Shown here piece by piece: positions 13,632 to 23,153 of a DNA stretch of 23,153 nt. The notes under the pieces were generated by a model, which ran no database searches, had not been told where the DNA came from, and was given only the letters and a program-made list of their open reading frames with translations. The position numbers were made by a program, and so were the translations under genes. Every line of letters starts with the position of its first letter. Positions within the stretch are counted from its first letter, which is position 1. Source of the DNA: a virus; the IMG/VR virus record IMGVR_UViG_3300007734_000759, positions 1-23,153 of that record. The stretch is one strand, 5' to 3'.

Positions 13632-14411
13632 ATGTCCTCAAATAGACACTTAAAACTTACCGCTGAGCAGATATTAGAAAACTGGGAGAAGTTCTTAGGT
13701 AATATTGATAAATATATTCCTGGGGAGAGGGGTGAAACTCTTAGAGCATTTTATGAAAAGTATGCTGAGAGATTCATAGCTTTACCTGCTTCACATAAGA
13801 GTGATTATCATAATTGTTTTGCAGGAGGTTATGTAGAACATGTTAATAGAGTAGTAGATGCTGCTCTTCGGTTACACGCAGTTTGGAAAGACTTTGGAGC
13901 TGAGGATTCCTATACAGTGGAAGAACTGGTATTTGCAGCTTTAAATCACGACTTAGGTAAATTTGGAGACTTAGAACATGAGTCAGTATTTCCTAATGAT
14001 AACGATTGGGAGATTAAGAATAGAGGAATGCTATACAAATTTAATCCAGACTTAACCTTCATGACAGTTCCGGACAGGGGTCTTTGGCTACTTTCTCAGC
14101 TAGGTATTAAAGTTTCAATTAATGAGATGTTAGGTATTAAACTCCACGACGGACTATATGATGAGGCTAATAAAGCGTATTACATCTCCTACTATGAGGA
14201 ACGTAAAATGAAAACGTCTCTTCCATATGTACTACATCAAGCCGATTTATTAGCTGCGAGGGTTGAATACGAGAACAGAGACAAAACTCCAGCTACAACC
14301 TTGAAACCTAAAGTGCAACCAAAAAAAGAAGCTATCAAAACTAAGGCACTAACATCGGTGGGATCGGATAGCTTAAAGAATGTTATAAGTAATTTTTTTG
14401 ATAACGACTAA
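13632..14411 (+). CDS. HD-domain metal-dependent phosphohydrolase (YhaM-like HD motif pattern)
   Basis: ASHKSDYHNCFAGGYVEH, AALNHDLGK, IKLHDG, LHQAD. Likely start ATG 13632. Confidence 0.85.
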   Translation: MSSNRHLKLTAEQILENWEKFLGNIDKYIPGERGETLRAFYEKYAERFIALPASHKSDYHNCFAGGYVEHVNRVVDAALRLHAVWKDFGAEDSYTVEELVFAALNHDLGKFGDLEHESVFPNDNDWEIKNRGMLYKFNPDLTFMTVPDRGLWLLSQLGIKVSINEMLGIKLHDGLYDEANKAYYISYYEERKMKTSLPYVLHQADLLAARVEYENRDKTPATTLKPKVQPKKEAIKTKALTSVGSDSLKNVISNFFDND

Positions 14412-14683
14412 TGGAAATAATTATAGGAATCACATCAGGCCTGCTTTTAATAGCGGGCTTTGTTATTTGGAATCTACTAAGCAAAGTAGAACGCCAAGAA
14501 GATTTAATTGAGAAGTATCAACAATATCTTACATCTTTAGACACATCAATTAAACTTTCATCAAAGAGATTGGAAGAAATAGATGTTAAAGGAATGTTTA
14601 GTTCCGATGATGAGATAGGTTGGTATTTTAAACAGATAAAAGAAATCCAATTAATATTGGATGACTATAAGCTTAAAATATAA
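14411..14683 (+). CDS. Membrane-anchored hypothetical protein
   Basis: N-terminal TM, coiled coil, FSSDDEIGWYF; TAATG coupling at both ends. Confidence 0.8.
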   Translation: MEIIIGITSGLLLIAGFVIWNLLSKVERQEDLIEKYQQYLTSLDTSIKLSSKRLEEIDVKGMFSSDDEIGWYFKQIKEIQLILDDYKLKI

Positions 14684-15384
14684 TGGTGGAGAAAAAATCT
14701 AAAAACTATTTTACAAAGGAAACTGAAGATGCTATAGTTCTATACAATAATAGTAGTGATTCTTACTATAAAAATAAGATATACAATGAAAAGATAAGAT
14801 ATGCTTTCTTTAAGCTAACAGAAAATATCATACATACGTATAAATTTTACTACACAGAAGAAACTTCCATTGAGGATCTACAGCACGAAGTTACCACCTT
14901 TCTACTATCTAAGATACACCTATTTGATATATCGAAAGGTGCTAAAGCTTATTCATACTTCGGTACCATTGCCAAGAGGTATTTAATAATGACAAATACC
15001 AAAAACTATAAACGTAAAATAGAAAAAACATCGGTATCTGAGATAGAGGATAGTGCGGATTTTAGTTATAACCTAACAGATCAGGATAACTTACAAGATG
15101 AGCTATCAGACTATATTAATAAATTCATAGACTACGTAACAGATAATATATATGAGTTGTTCCCTAAGGATGAAGATGCCCAGATAGCTGATGCAATACT
15201 TGAATTGTTTAGGAAACGTATGAGCTTGGATGTGTTAAATAAAAAAGCTCTTTACATTTATATTAGAGAACAGATAGACGTTAAGACTCCCAAAATTACA
15301 AAGGTAGCTAACGATTTACATAGTATCTTTAAGAGAGGTTACATCCACTATATAGAGGAAGGTTATGTTTCTTTTGAAAATTAA
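14683..15384 (+). CDS. Phage sigma-factor-like protein (sigma70 region 2; gp55-like late sigma candidate)
   Basis: EDLQHEVTTFLLSKIHLFDISKGAKAYSYFGTIAKRYLI resembles sigma region 2.2-2.4; N-terminal KNYF. Confidence 0.65.
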   Translation: MVEKKSKNYFTKETEDAIVLYNNSSDSYYKNKIYNEKIRYAFFKLTENIIHTYKFYYTEETSIEDLQHEVTTFLLSKIHLFDISKGAKAYSYFGTIAKRYLIMTNTKNYKRKIEKTSVSEIEDSADFSYNLTDQDNLQDELSDYINKFIDYVTDNIYELFPKDEDAQIADAILELFRKRMSLDVLNKKALYIYIREQIDVKTPKITKVANDLHSIFKRGYIHYIEEGYVSFEN

Positions 15385-15415
15385 ACAAATTCATATTTAT
15401 TGTAAATAACGCTAT

Positions 15416-15754
15416 ATGAGCAATTTAGATAGTATAATATTCAAAGAAAAGAAATTCTCAGACATATTAGAGGAAATTTACAACAATTCGAAAACAAAAG
15501 AGAAACAAATAGCAGCTCTAATCTCAGAACTTAAACCTTTAATAAACGACATAGGAGATGCAGTATTAGTTGTTCCATTGATCAAGGAGTACATGGAGGT
15601 AGGTGTGAAGAATGATGAGCAACTTATCAAAATGGCAACTATTGTGCAAAGAGCATTAAATAATAGCTCAGGAGGAGATGATGGAGGATTAGGCATAAGC
15701 GATGCTGAAAAACAACAATTGTTGGAAGAAATTCAAAAATTTAATACTAATTAA
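15416..15754 (+). CDS. Helical phage hypothetical protein
   Basis: 112-aa ORF; TATTTAT at 15394-15400; coupled to the next gene by TAATG. Confidence 0.8.
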   Translation: MSNLDSIIFKEKKFSDILEEIYNNSKTKEKQIAALISELKPLINDIGDAVLVVPLIKEYMEVGVKNDEQLIKMATIVQRALNNSSGGDDGGLGISDAEKQQLLEEIQKFNTN

Positions 15755-17028
15755 TGGCTACTAGATTTGGATTTGATGCTTTAAATAGAGGCTTAACTTC
15801 GGGACTTAGAGGCAACTTTATAACAAAGTTTGCTATGGGTACGGAAGGTTTGATCATACAAGGAAGGGTAAAATCTATAGTTTTAGACAGTACTCATCCA
15901 AGGTTTTTGGAACTAGGAGAGTGGAACGGACTAGGAACAATTGAATTCACATCAGTAACACAACCAACAAGTGGTAAGCAAACTACCACAAATACAACAG
16001 CTCGTCCCGTATTTTCAAATATAAAAGTATATCCACTAGAAAATGAATTAGTGTATTTAATAGCATTGCCAACTACTGAAATAGGAACAGATACTAATAG
16101 TACATCCTACTACTATATTAACAGTATTGCATTGTGGAATCACCCTCACCATAACGGATACCCTGTTAATGCTGTCGAAGTGCCAGAAGAGCAGCGTAAA
16201 GATTATATACAAGCAAGCTTAGGATCTATTAGGAGAGTTACAGACGGTAGCACAGAAATAAGTTTAGGTAAAACTTTTCAAGAACAAGCTAATATACATC
16301 CAATACTACCTTATGAAGGAGATGTATTAGTTGAAGGGAGATTTGGAAATAGTATCCGATTAGGAAGCACTGTTGTTAGTAAAGATACAAATCAAGGACA
16401 AAATAACTGGTCAAACATTCCTACATCAGGAACTCCCATTACCATTATAAGAAATGGACAACCATCAGATGCAAGTGATGAAGGATGGGTACCTATTGTA
16501 GAAGATATCAACAAAGATCAATCATCAATCTACTTAACGTCAACTCAAAAGATAAACATACAACCTGCATCAATTAACGATGTAGCCTATGACTCTCCTC
16601 CTAAAAAACCTAATGAGTATTATGACGCACCTCAGATTCTACTAAATTCAGATAGAATATACCTAAACAGTAGGAAAGACAGCATATTATTATCATCAGG
16701 AGGCTTAATAAGCTTACTAGCACAGAACAGTGTAAATATATCAGCAAAAAAGACAATAATATTAGATAGTCCAAATATAAGATTAGGCAGCAAGGCGGCT
16801 AAAGAACCCTTACTAAAAGGACAACAGACAGTTGATTTATTAAGAAAACTACTTGTAAATCTTAATGAATTTATGAAGGTATGCCAAACACAAGCAGTGC
16901 CACTACCTGACCAAAAAACAGTACCCTTAACCAAAATTAATCAAGCATCCCAGCAAATGGCAGGAGTACTAGAAGGACTACTTCAGCAAGTTGATGATTT
17001 AAAATCTAAAACAAATTTCACAATATAA
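15754..17028 (+). CDS. Baseplate hub/spike protein (gp5-like)
   Basis: N-terminal OB-fold-like segment (YPLENELVYL), EGDVLVEGRFGNSIRLG and short beta-strand repeats (ILLNSDRIYLNS...); baseplate gene context. Confidence 0.6.
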   Translation: MATRFGFDALNRGLTSGLRGNFITKFAMGTEGLIIQGRVKSIVLDSTHPRFLELGEWNGLGTIEFTSVTQPTSGKQTTTNTTARPVFSNIKVYPLENELVYLIALPTTEIGTDTNSTSYYYINSIALWNHPHHNGYPVNAVEVPEEQRKDYIQASLGSIRRVTDGSTEISLGKTFQEQANIHPILPYEGDVLVEGRFGNSIRLGSTVVSKDTNQGQNNWSNIPTSGTPITIIRNGQPSDASDEGWVPIVEDINKDQSSIYLTSTQKINIQPASINDVAYDSPPKKPNEYYDAPQILLNSDRIYLNSRKDSILLSSGGLISLLAQNSVNISAKKTIILDSPNIRLGSKAAKEPLLKGQQTVDLLRKLLVNLNEFMKVCQTQAVPLPDQKTVPLTKINQASQQMAGVLEGLLQQVDDLKSKTNFTI

Positions 17029-18578
17029 TGGCAGAGTTTACATATAGGATAGCTTTTAGAGATGATATTGATAATCAATACATCACCAGTTCTATAATAT
17101 CTCCATATTTTCCACCATCAGCAGCAAACCTAAACACAGTTGTTGAAAATAATATATTTTCATTTACAGAGGATGATGCAAACTTTGTAGGATTTAATTC
17201 ACAACCCACTAAACTACAAGCATATAAACTTCCCGATGACCAAACTGTAGTAGTTAAGCAAACATATAACCAAGACTACTACATAGAAGTAACAATACCT
17301 GCAGGATTACAGAATCCTACAAATCCGCAACAAAACGGACCTTACATCTTTCAGTCCAACGAATCGACGGTAGAACCAAGTCCTTCTAAAATTATAGACT
17401 ACATTAATGTGAGGGAATCCCGAGTAGATTACGGAAGTACTTGGACAAAATTCAAAGTGGAAGATTTACAACCAGTTAATCCTCCTCAAAACCCTAAGTC
17501 GTACGGATTTAGAGTACAAACTCCAGGATACCAAGAGTTACAATTCTTTTCCGAGGCAGGAGTGCAGTCTCAAAATGGAGTAGTAGATTTAGGAGTAAAA
17601 GTTCTAAATAGGATACAAACAAACCAGCAGAAAGAGATAGCAGCATTTCAAGAAGTTGATAGTAATGGTATAAATAACAACAGCCCCTCAGGAGAAAAAG
17701 CAAAAGGTCTAGATAGACTATCTCAACTATTGCAGAAACGTTCGAGCACATTAAAAACAGTATTAGTAACAGCTCTTACAGCAGAGATAACTCAATTTGG
17801 TATCAGCAATATTAAAGAACTTATTGACCAAACACTTCCAGGACAGCAACAAATATCCTTAGATAAACTATTAGAAAAACTACCCAAGCTCTGCCCAACA
17901 AAGAGAAAGATAGAACAGATTATAACTATACGTAATAGATATACAGATCAAATTAACACATTCTTCACAAACGTTCAAAGACTTTCAACAGGGTTAACAG
18001 GAACACAGCAGGTAGCACAGGCTATATCAATAGGTATAACAGTTACATCAACCGTACGTAAAGCAGCAAACGCAGCACTCGCCTTCGTTCCTGTAACACC
18101 AGGTGCTGCACCATCTAGTATTAATATTTTAAAAGATTTAGAGGATGAAATTAAACCTAGATTAGATAAGATCCTCAAAACGGTAGGAGTACTGACATCT
18201 ACAATTGCTTTTGTTGCAGCTATACTGAACACAATAATCCAACTACTAAAGATATTGGATACTTTAATACTTCTCTGCTCACAGCAATTAGGAATACCTT
18301 TTGATGAAATTAATAACTTATTAAATTCATTAGATAATCAATTAATATCAAATCTACAAAACACAACATCAGATACGAACAACACGTATAAAGGTTTTAA
18401 ATTTGAAATAGTGTTAGATGTAACAAATAATACAAAATATCCAAAAAGATTTGTTGTTGCAAAAGATAAGTTCGGAGTTATTTTATTAAAAAGTGATTCA
18501 TCCTTTGCTCCAAATCCACAAATATTGATTGACGAGTTAAAATTTATTATAGATAGAGACAAGCTATCAGCAGGATAA
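17028..18578 (+). CDS. Hypothetical structural protein with long hydrophobic/amphipathic helices
   Basis: 516-aa ORF within the baseplate operon, TAATG-coupled. Confidence 0.75.
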   Translation: MAEFTYRIAFRDDIDNQYITSSIISPYFPPSAANLNTVVENNIFSFTEDDANFVGFNSQPTKLQAYKLPDDQTVVVKQTYNQDYYIEVTIPAGLQNPTNPQQNGPYIFQSNESTVEPSPSKIIDYINVRESRVDYGSTWTKFKVEDLQPVNPPQNPKSYGFRVQTPGYQELQFFSEAGVQSQNGVVDLGVKVLNRIQTNQQKEIAAFQEVDSNGINNNSPSGEKAKGLDRLSQLLQKRSSTLKTVLVTALTAEITQFGISNIKELIDQTLPGQQQISLDKLLEKLPKLCPTKRKIEQIITIRNRYTDQINTFFTNVQRLSTGLTGTQQVAQAISIGITVTSTVRKAANAALAFVPVTPGAAPSSINILKDLEDEIKPRLDKILKTVGVLTSTIAFVAAILNTIIQLLKILDTLILLCSQQLGIPFDEINNLLNSLDNQLISNLQNTTSDTNNTYKGFKFEIVLDVTNNTKYPKRFVVAKDKFGVILLKSDSSFAPNPQILIDELKFIIDRDKLSAG

Positions 18579-18606
18579 ACATTTTCTAAAACAACTATTT
18601 ATTAAT

Positions 18607-18975
18607 ATGAAAGCAGGAGATTTCAAAAAAATGATTAAAGAGGCTGTACGTGAGGTATTTCAAGAGGAAATGCGTGAAATACTTTTAGAAGCAGTTAAGA
18701 GTCCTAAAGTACCTGTAGGAGCAGGAAATTATGGATCTGTTACAGAAACAAGATCAACCACAGGAACAAAAACTCTTTCGGAAGCATCTAGACAAGCATT
18801 TAGAGACATGATGGGAGGAAACTTTTCATCAAAAGAACAAGACACTTTTACCTTCAATACAAATAACATCCAACCTGCGTATACACCTCCACCGATCTCG
18901 ACAACAGGAGAAGGTTCAGCTCTCCCTGCAGGAGAAGTAAATTTAGACCAGATAATGGGATTAATGAGTAGATAA
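18607..18975 (+). CDS. Hypothetical protein with FKKMIKEAVREVFQEE N-terminal motif
   Basis: 122-aa ORF; TATTTAT at 18596-18602. Confidence 0.8.
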   Translation: MKAGDFKKMIKEAVREVFQEEMREILLEAVKSPKVPVGAGNYGSVTETRSTTGTKTLSEASRQAFRDMMGGNFSSKEQDTFTFNTNNIQPAYTPPPISTTGEGSALPAGEVNLDQIMGLMSR

Positions 18976-18976
18976 C

Positions 18977-19393
18977 ATGGCATTTGGCATTAGAACAATA
19001 AACCCTATCGACACAAAACCAGGCACAGCCGTAGGTGTTAGTCTTCCTTTCAATGGACCTACAGGGTTTAATTCTACATTCACTACTAGAGATGCTATTA
19101 AAACAAATCTAATTAATTACTTTTTGACTAATGTAGGTGATAGGTACGACAATCCAAATTTTGGAGGAAATCTAAGGCAGTATATTTTTGAGCAAATTCA
19201 ACAGGATACGTTTGACAGTATTACGCAGGATCTTCAAGCAAAGATAAATACTTATTTCCCATCAATTACGATTACCAATATCGAAATAGAACAAGCAAAT
19301 ACTCAAACAGATCTAAATACTACAATCGTAACTATAACCTACGATATAGTAGGAACAGGAAATACAGACACACTACAAATAGGATTTTCATAA
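18977..19393 (+). CDS. Baseplate wedge protein, gp25/GPW family
   Basis: AIKTNLINYFLTNVGDRYDNPNFGGNLRQYIFE matches the gp25 signature (LxTxxGER..P.FG..L...FE). Confidence 0.85.
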   Translation: MAFGIRTINPIDTKPGTAVGVSLPFNGPTGFNSTFTTRDAIKTNLINYFLTNVGDRYDNPNFGGNLRQYIFEQIQQDTFDSITQDLQAKINTYFPSITITNIEIEQANTQTDLNTTIVTITYDIVGTGNTDTLQIGFS

Positions 19394-21240
19394 TGGCAGT
19401 AAAAAGAGATATCAAATACTTGAATAGAGATTTTAGCGATTTGAGAGAGACGCTAATAAACTTCACAAGAACATATTATCCAACAACATATAACGACTTC
19501 TCTCCAGCATCTCCAGGGATGCTGTTTATGGAAATAGCCGCATACGTAGGGGATGTATTATCCTTTTACACAGATAATCAAATTCAAGAAAATTTTTTAC
19601 AATATGCAAGACAGACTAATAACCTATTCCAACTTGCATATATGTTTGGATATAAACCCAAAATAACAGGAGTAGCATCAACTACAATAGACATTTACCA
19701 ACAGGTACCAGCGAAGTTTGAAGGAGGGTCCTACATTCCCGATTTCTCATATGCACTATATGTAGCACCAAACGCTACTATAACAGCTAATACCGATGCA
19801 ACCACAACTTTCTTAATAGAGGACGCAGTAGATTTTTCAATATCTAGCTCCTTAGATCCAACGGAAGTATCAGTCTATACAACAGCAGGAGCTACGCCTA
19901 CAAATTACCTACTTAAAAAAAGTAGACAGGCTATATCGGCAGCAGTAAACACAACAACTTTTACTTTTGGAGCTCCTGAAAGATTTACGACAGTTGAAAT
20001 TAATACGAGCAATATTATAGGAATTTTAGATATTGTAGATAGTGATGGTCAAGTTTGGTATGAAGTAGATTACTTAGCACAAGATGCTGTGTTTGATTCT
20101 ATTAAAAATAATAATGTAAACGATCCAACCTTTTCAACTGCAAACGATACACCTTATCTTTTAAAGTTAAAAACAGTACAGAGAAGATTTGTAACTAGAT
20201 TTATAAACAACACAACTCTGCAATTACAATTTGGAGCAGGAACAACAAACGATAACGATGCCGAATTAGTACCAAATCCCGATAATGTTGGATTAGGCCT
20301 ACCGTTTGGAAGATCAAAACTTACAACAGCGTACGATCCTACTAATTTTATTTTCACACAAACATACGGTATAGCTCCTGCAAACACTACTCTAACAGTA
20401 AGATACTTAACAGGTGGGGGAGTCAACTCAAATGTAGCAGCAGGCACTTTAACTATATTTAACGGAACTACTACATTTGCAAATATACAAACAGATAATA
20501 CAACAGCAAATCTAGTATTTAGTTCACTAGCAGTAACAAATCCAACAGTAGCCTCAGGTGGAGGAGACGGAGATACAATCGAAGAACTTAGACAAAACAC
20601 AATAGCAAATTACGGAGCCCAACTAAGAGCAGTCACTCAAAATGACTATTTAATACGAGCGTTATCGCTACCACCTAAGTACGGAACAGTTGCAAAAGCG
20701 TATATAGAACCTACAAAAGCACAAAATGTTAATGTAGGAGAAATACCATCTGTTTTAGATTTATACATTCTAACGTACAACAGCGGAGGAACATTGACAC
20801 AAACCTCAAACGCTCTTAAAACAAACCTGATAACCTACTTATCGCAATACAGAATGATAGGCGACTCAGTAAGGATCGTAGATGCATTCATTATCAATAT
20901 AGGCGTAGATTTTGAAATAGTCACATTACCTAACTATAATAATAACTTAGTTCTAGTGCAATGCATACAAACCTTGCAGGAATTGTTTAACGGAAGTAAG
21001 TGGCAAATAAATCAACCAATTGTATTGAGAGAATTGTACACCGCATTAAATAATGTACAAGGAGTCCAATCCATTAAACAAATTAACATCACAAATAAAG
21101 TAGGATCAGGTTATTCAAATTATGCTTATGATTTAAAAGGAGCAACATTGAATGATGTAATCTATCCTTCGTTAGATCCTTGTATCTTCGAAGTTAAATA
21201 CCCAAACTCTGATATAACAGGAAGAATAGTAACTATATAA
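19393..21240 (+). CDS. Baseplate wedge subunit (T4 gp6 / baseplate J-like)
   Basis: RDFSDLRETL...YNDF...GMLFMEIAAYVGDVLSFY, YLTGGGVNSNV and GGGDGDTIEELR...RAVTQNDY; follows the gp25-like gene. Confidence 0.85.
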   Translation: MAVKRDIKYLNRDFSDLRETLINFTRTYYPTTYNDFSPASPGMLFMEIAAYVGDVLSFYTDNQIQENFLQYARQTNNLFQLAYMFGYKPKITGVASTTIDIYQQVPAKFEGGSYIPDFSYALYVAPNATITANTDATTTFLIEDAVDFSISSSLDPTEVSVYTTAGATPTNYLLKKSRQAISAAVNTTTFTFGAPERFTTVEINTSNIIGILDIVDSDGQVWYEVDYLAQDAVFDSIKNNNVNDPTFSTANDTPYLLKLKTVQRRFVTRFINNTTLQLQFGAGTTNDNDAELVPNPDNVGLGLPFGRSKLTTAYDPTNFIFTQTYGIAPANTTLTVRYLTGGGVNSNVAAGTLTIFNGTTTFANIQTDNTTANLVFSSLAVTNPTVASGGGDGDTIEELRQNTIANYGAQLRAVTQNDYLIRALSLPPKYGTVAKAYIEPTKAQNVNVGEIPSVLDLYILTYNSGGTLTQTSNALKTNLITYLSQYRMIGDSVRIVDAFIINIGVDFEIVTLPNYNNNLVLVQCIQTLQELFNGSKWQINQPIVLRELYTALNNVQGVQSIKQINITNKVGSGYSNYAYDLKGATLNDVIYPSLDPCIFEVKYPNSDITGRIVTI

Positions 21241-21242
21241 CA

Positions 21243-22352
21243 ATGGCAGTATATAAATTATTTCCGGAAAAAGATGCAACTTTGTATTCACAATATCCCT
21301 CCTCAAACACAGGAATAGATGAGATAGTGGAATCAAGTATTATCCCCTCACAATTCAACCTACTCACATCACTACCACAGGCTTCTAGATTTTTAATAAA
21401 ATTTTCACAACAAGAACTTACAACTATAAGCGCAAGTCTATTAGCAGGATCACCTTTTTACTCAGCAAGTCTAAAACTATATGCAGCCAATGCATCAAAC
21501 ATTAACCAAACAACAACCTTACAAATTTTTCCAGTATCAGGCTCGTGGAATAACGGAACAGGGAAGTACGGCGATGTACCACCTACTACAAACGGAGTTA
21601 GTTGGCTATATAGAAGTTCGGAGCTGATTGATCCATGGCTAACTGCATCCTTTGCTCAGGGAAGCACAGGATCCTTTCCAACTACAAATCCAGGAGGAGG
21701 CACTTGGTATACCAGCTCTGCCTATACAGCATCTCAAGTGTTTGAATATGCAAATTCGGTAGACGTAAACGTAGATGTAACTTCAGCTGTAAATGCGTGG
21801 CTACAAGGAACGATCTCAAATGATGGATTTATACTAAAACAAAAAGATGAGTTTATTAATAGTAGTAGTTATGCTACAACTCTAAAATTCTTTTCAATAG
21901 ACACTAACACAATATATCCTCCATGTCTTGAGTTAAAATGGAGAGATTATCAATTTAACAAAGGAACTAATCCAATAATTACAAACACCAATATATACGT
22001 AAGCCTACAGGACAATCCAGGAATATTCAATACCGGAGCAGTAAATAAATTTAGGTTAAATGTTAGACCTAAATTTCCAACAAGAGTATTTCAAATAACT
22101 CCACTGTATACTAATAATTTTTATTTACCGACATCTTCGTATTATGCTATTCAAGATGTTGACACCAACGAGTATATTGTAGACTTTGATGAAACATTTA
22201 CACAAATAAGCGCAGATGTACAATCTTCATATTTTACTGTATATATGAACGGTTTAGAACCTGAAAGATATTATAAAATTTTAATCAAAACTATTCTAGA
22301 CGGTAGTACTTATATACTAGATGAGAATTATTATTTTAAGATCGTCAAGTAA
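21243..22352 (+). CDS. Virion structural protein (DNRLRE-like beta-rich domain)
   Basis: EKDATLYS...NTGIDEI, SRFLIKF, VDVTSAVNAW...NDGFILK and FFSIDT...PCLE pattern. Confidence 0.6.
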   Translation: MAVYKLFPEKDATLYSQYPSSNTGIDEIVESSIIPSQFNLLTSLPQASRFLIKFSQQELTTISASLLAGSPFYSASLKLYAANASNINQTTTLQIFPVSGSWNNGTGKYGDVPPTTNGVSWLYRSSELIDPWLTASFAQGSTGSFPTTNPGGGTWYTSSAYTASQVFEYANSVDVNVDVTSAVNAWLQGTISNDGFILKQKDEFINSSSYATTLKFFSIDTNTIYPPCLELKWRDYQFNKGTNPIITNTNIYVSLQDNPGIFNTGAVNKFRLNVRPKFPTRVFQITPLYTNNFYLPTSSYYAIQDVDTNEYIVDFDETFTQISADVQSSYFTVYMNGLEPERYYKILIKTILDGSTYILDENYYFKIVK

Positions 22353-22738
22353 TGGAAAATATTAGACTAAATAAAACTGTATTCGATAAAACAAATTATA
22401 CAAAAATTGTAGATACGCAATTTGCGGAGCTAGTACCTCAACAAAAACAACCTATAATAGCAGTAGAATTACCAAGCATTGATCAGTTTTTTAATTTCTA
22501 TAATCAATTATTTTATACAATTCCCAAAACAGGAGATACAAACTCTCACACATACTTAATACAACAAAGTAGTAATTATATAGGAGATATACAAGTAAAT
22601 GAGGATGTACAAGCATTATTAGATGAAATAGATCAACTTAGAACAGAAAACCTGTTGTTAAATCAGCAAGTTGTACAACTACAATCACAAACAACTAAAG
22701 AACAAGCTAAACAAGCATTAGATGCAGCAACTAGTTAA
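22352..22738 (+). CDS. Hypothetical protein with C-terminal coiled coil
   Basis: 128-aa ORF, TAATG-coupled. Confidence 0.8.
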   Translation: MENIRLNKTVFDKTNYTKIVDTQFAELVPQQKQPIIAVELPSIDQFFNFYNQLFYTIPKTGDTNSHTYLIQQSSNYIGDIQVNEDVQALLDEIDQLRTENLLLNQQVVQLQSQTTKEQAKQALDAATS

Positions 22739-23153
22739 TATAAGACCAATAGTACCTACTGACTTCGAGACTCAAGCATATTCACTTAATGACAGTGCTT
22801 TGATGAATTCTTTTGAAATTGAAGATACCTTCAATGCTCAAACAGATTATATTGAATATCACATATATGACTACAATCAGGAGCTGATCTATACAACAGA
22901 ACAAGGGTCGTATGCAACTTATAATAACGTAGTTAATATAGATCCTAAAGAAGATATACTAGCAGTGGGATTTGATCAAGGATCCTACTACACAGTGTAC
23001 AATTTTCTAACATCTCTAGCTAATTCAAATCCAACAAATAAATACTACATTAGTGAGATAAGTAGTGATAGGACAGAAATTAGATTAGATAGTAACGTAA
23101 TTACCAACGAAGATTTACAGCAAGGAGCCCAGCTAGTAATTTCAAAAATTGAA
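22722..23153 (+). CDS. Probable structural protein, 3'-truncated by window edge
   Basis: Hand-translated open frame of 144 codons, MQQLVNIRPIVPTDF...YYISEISSDRTEIRL...; overlaps the previous stop. Confidence 0.75.
   Translation, partial: MQQLVNIRPIVPTDFETQAYSLNDSALMNSFEIEDTFNAQTDYIEYHIYDYNQELIYTTEQGSYATYNNVVNIDPKEDILAVGFDQGSYYTVYNFLTSLANSNPTNKYYISEISSDRTEIRLDSNVITNEDLQQGAQLVISKIE

Noticed and set aside
15416-15754. Terminase small subunit call
   Set aside because: Only size and helical character fit; there is no diagnostic motif or adjacent large subunit, so it is left as hypothetical.
245-20600. All minus-strand ORFs in the track
   Set aside because: Apart from 3903..4211 (rejected separately), they are shadows of well-supported + strand genes and have no recognisable motifs.
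15754-21240. Bacterial contractile injection system (T6SS/eCIS) rather than phage
   Set aside because: The surrounding tRNAs, endolysins/holins, sigma-like gene and small-gene array fit a large phage, and no T6SS membrane-complex genes are seen.

Overview
A 23 kb segment of a large tailed (myovirus-like) phage or prophage with a Bacteroidota host. Host is inferred from Bacteroidetes-type TTG-N19/20-TAnnTTT promoters, A-rich leaders lacking Shine-Dalgarno sites, and a T9SS C-terminal sorting domain. All credible genes are on the + strand. (1) 1-3.9 kb: an array of about 13 small genes in 10 cassettes. Each cassette is headed by a conserved ~75-bp element (CTTAAAAAACCTTAAC box, often a hairpin, TTG-N19/20-TATCTTTA promoter, A-rich leader ending GTTATG), which often also supplies the upstream gene's stop codon; one cassette carries an aberrant tRNA-like RNA. 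(2) 3.9-4.36 kb: non-coding, compositionally odd spacer. (3) 4.4-9.1 kb: lytic transglycosylase, DST-repeat lipoprotein, an RNA cluster (tRNA-Glu, -Leu, -Gln plus two non-canonical structured RNAs) and a T9SS-cargo beta-helix protein. (4) 9.2-12.2 kb: lysis module (holin-like and spanin-like proteins, GH19 endolysin, M15 peptidase). (5) 12.2-15.7 kb: HD hydrolase and a sigma-factor-like protein. (6) 15.7-23.1 kb: baseplate/tail genes (gp5-like hub, gp25-like and gp6-like wedge). A recurrent TATTTAT motif before late-type genes is a candidate late promoter. Family calls come from motif recognition by eye, not database searches.
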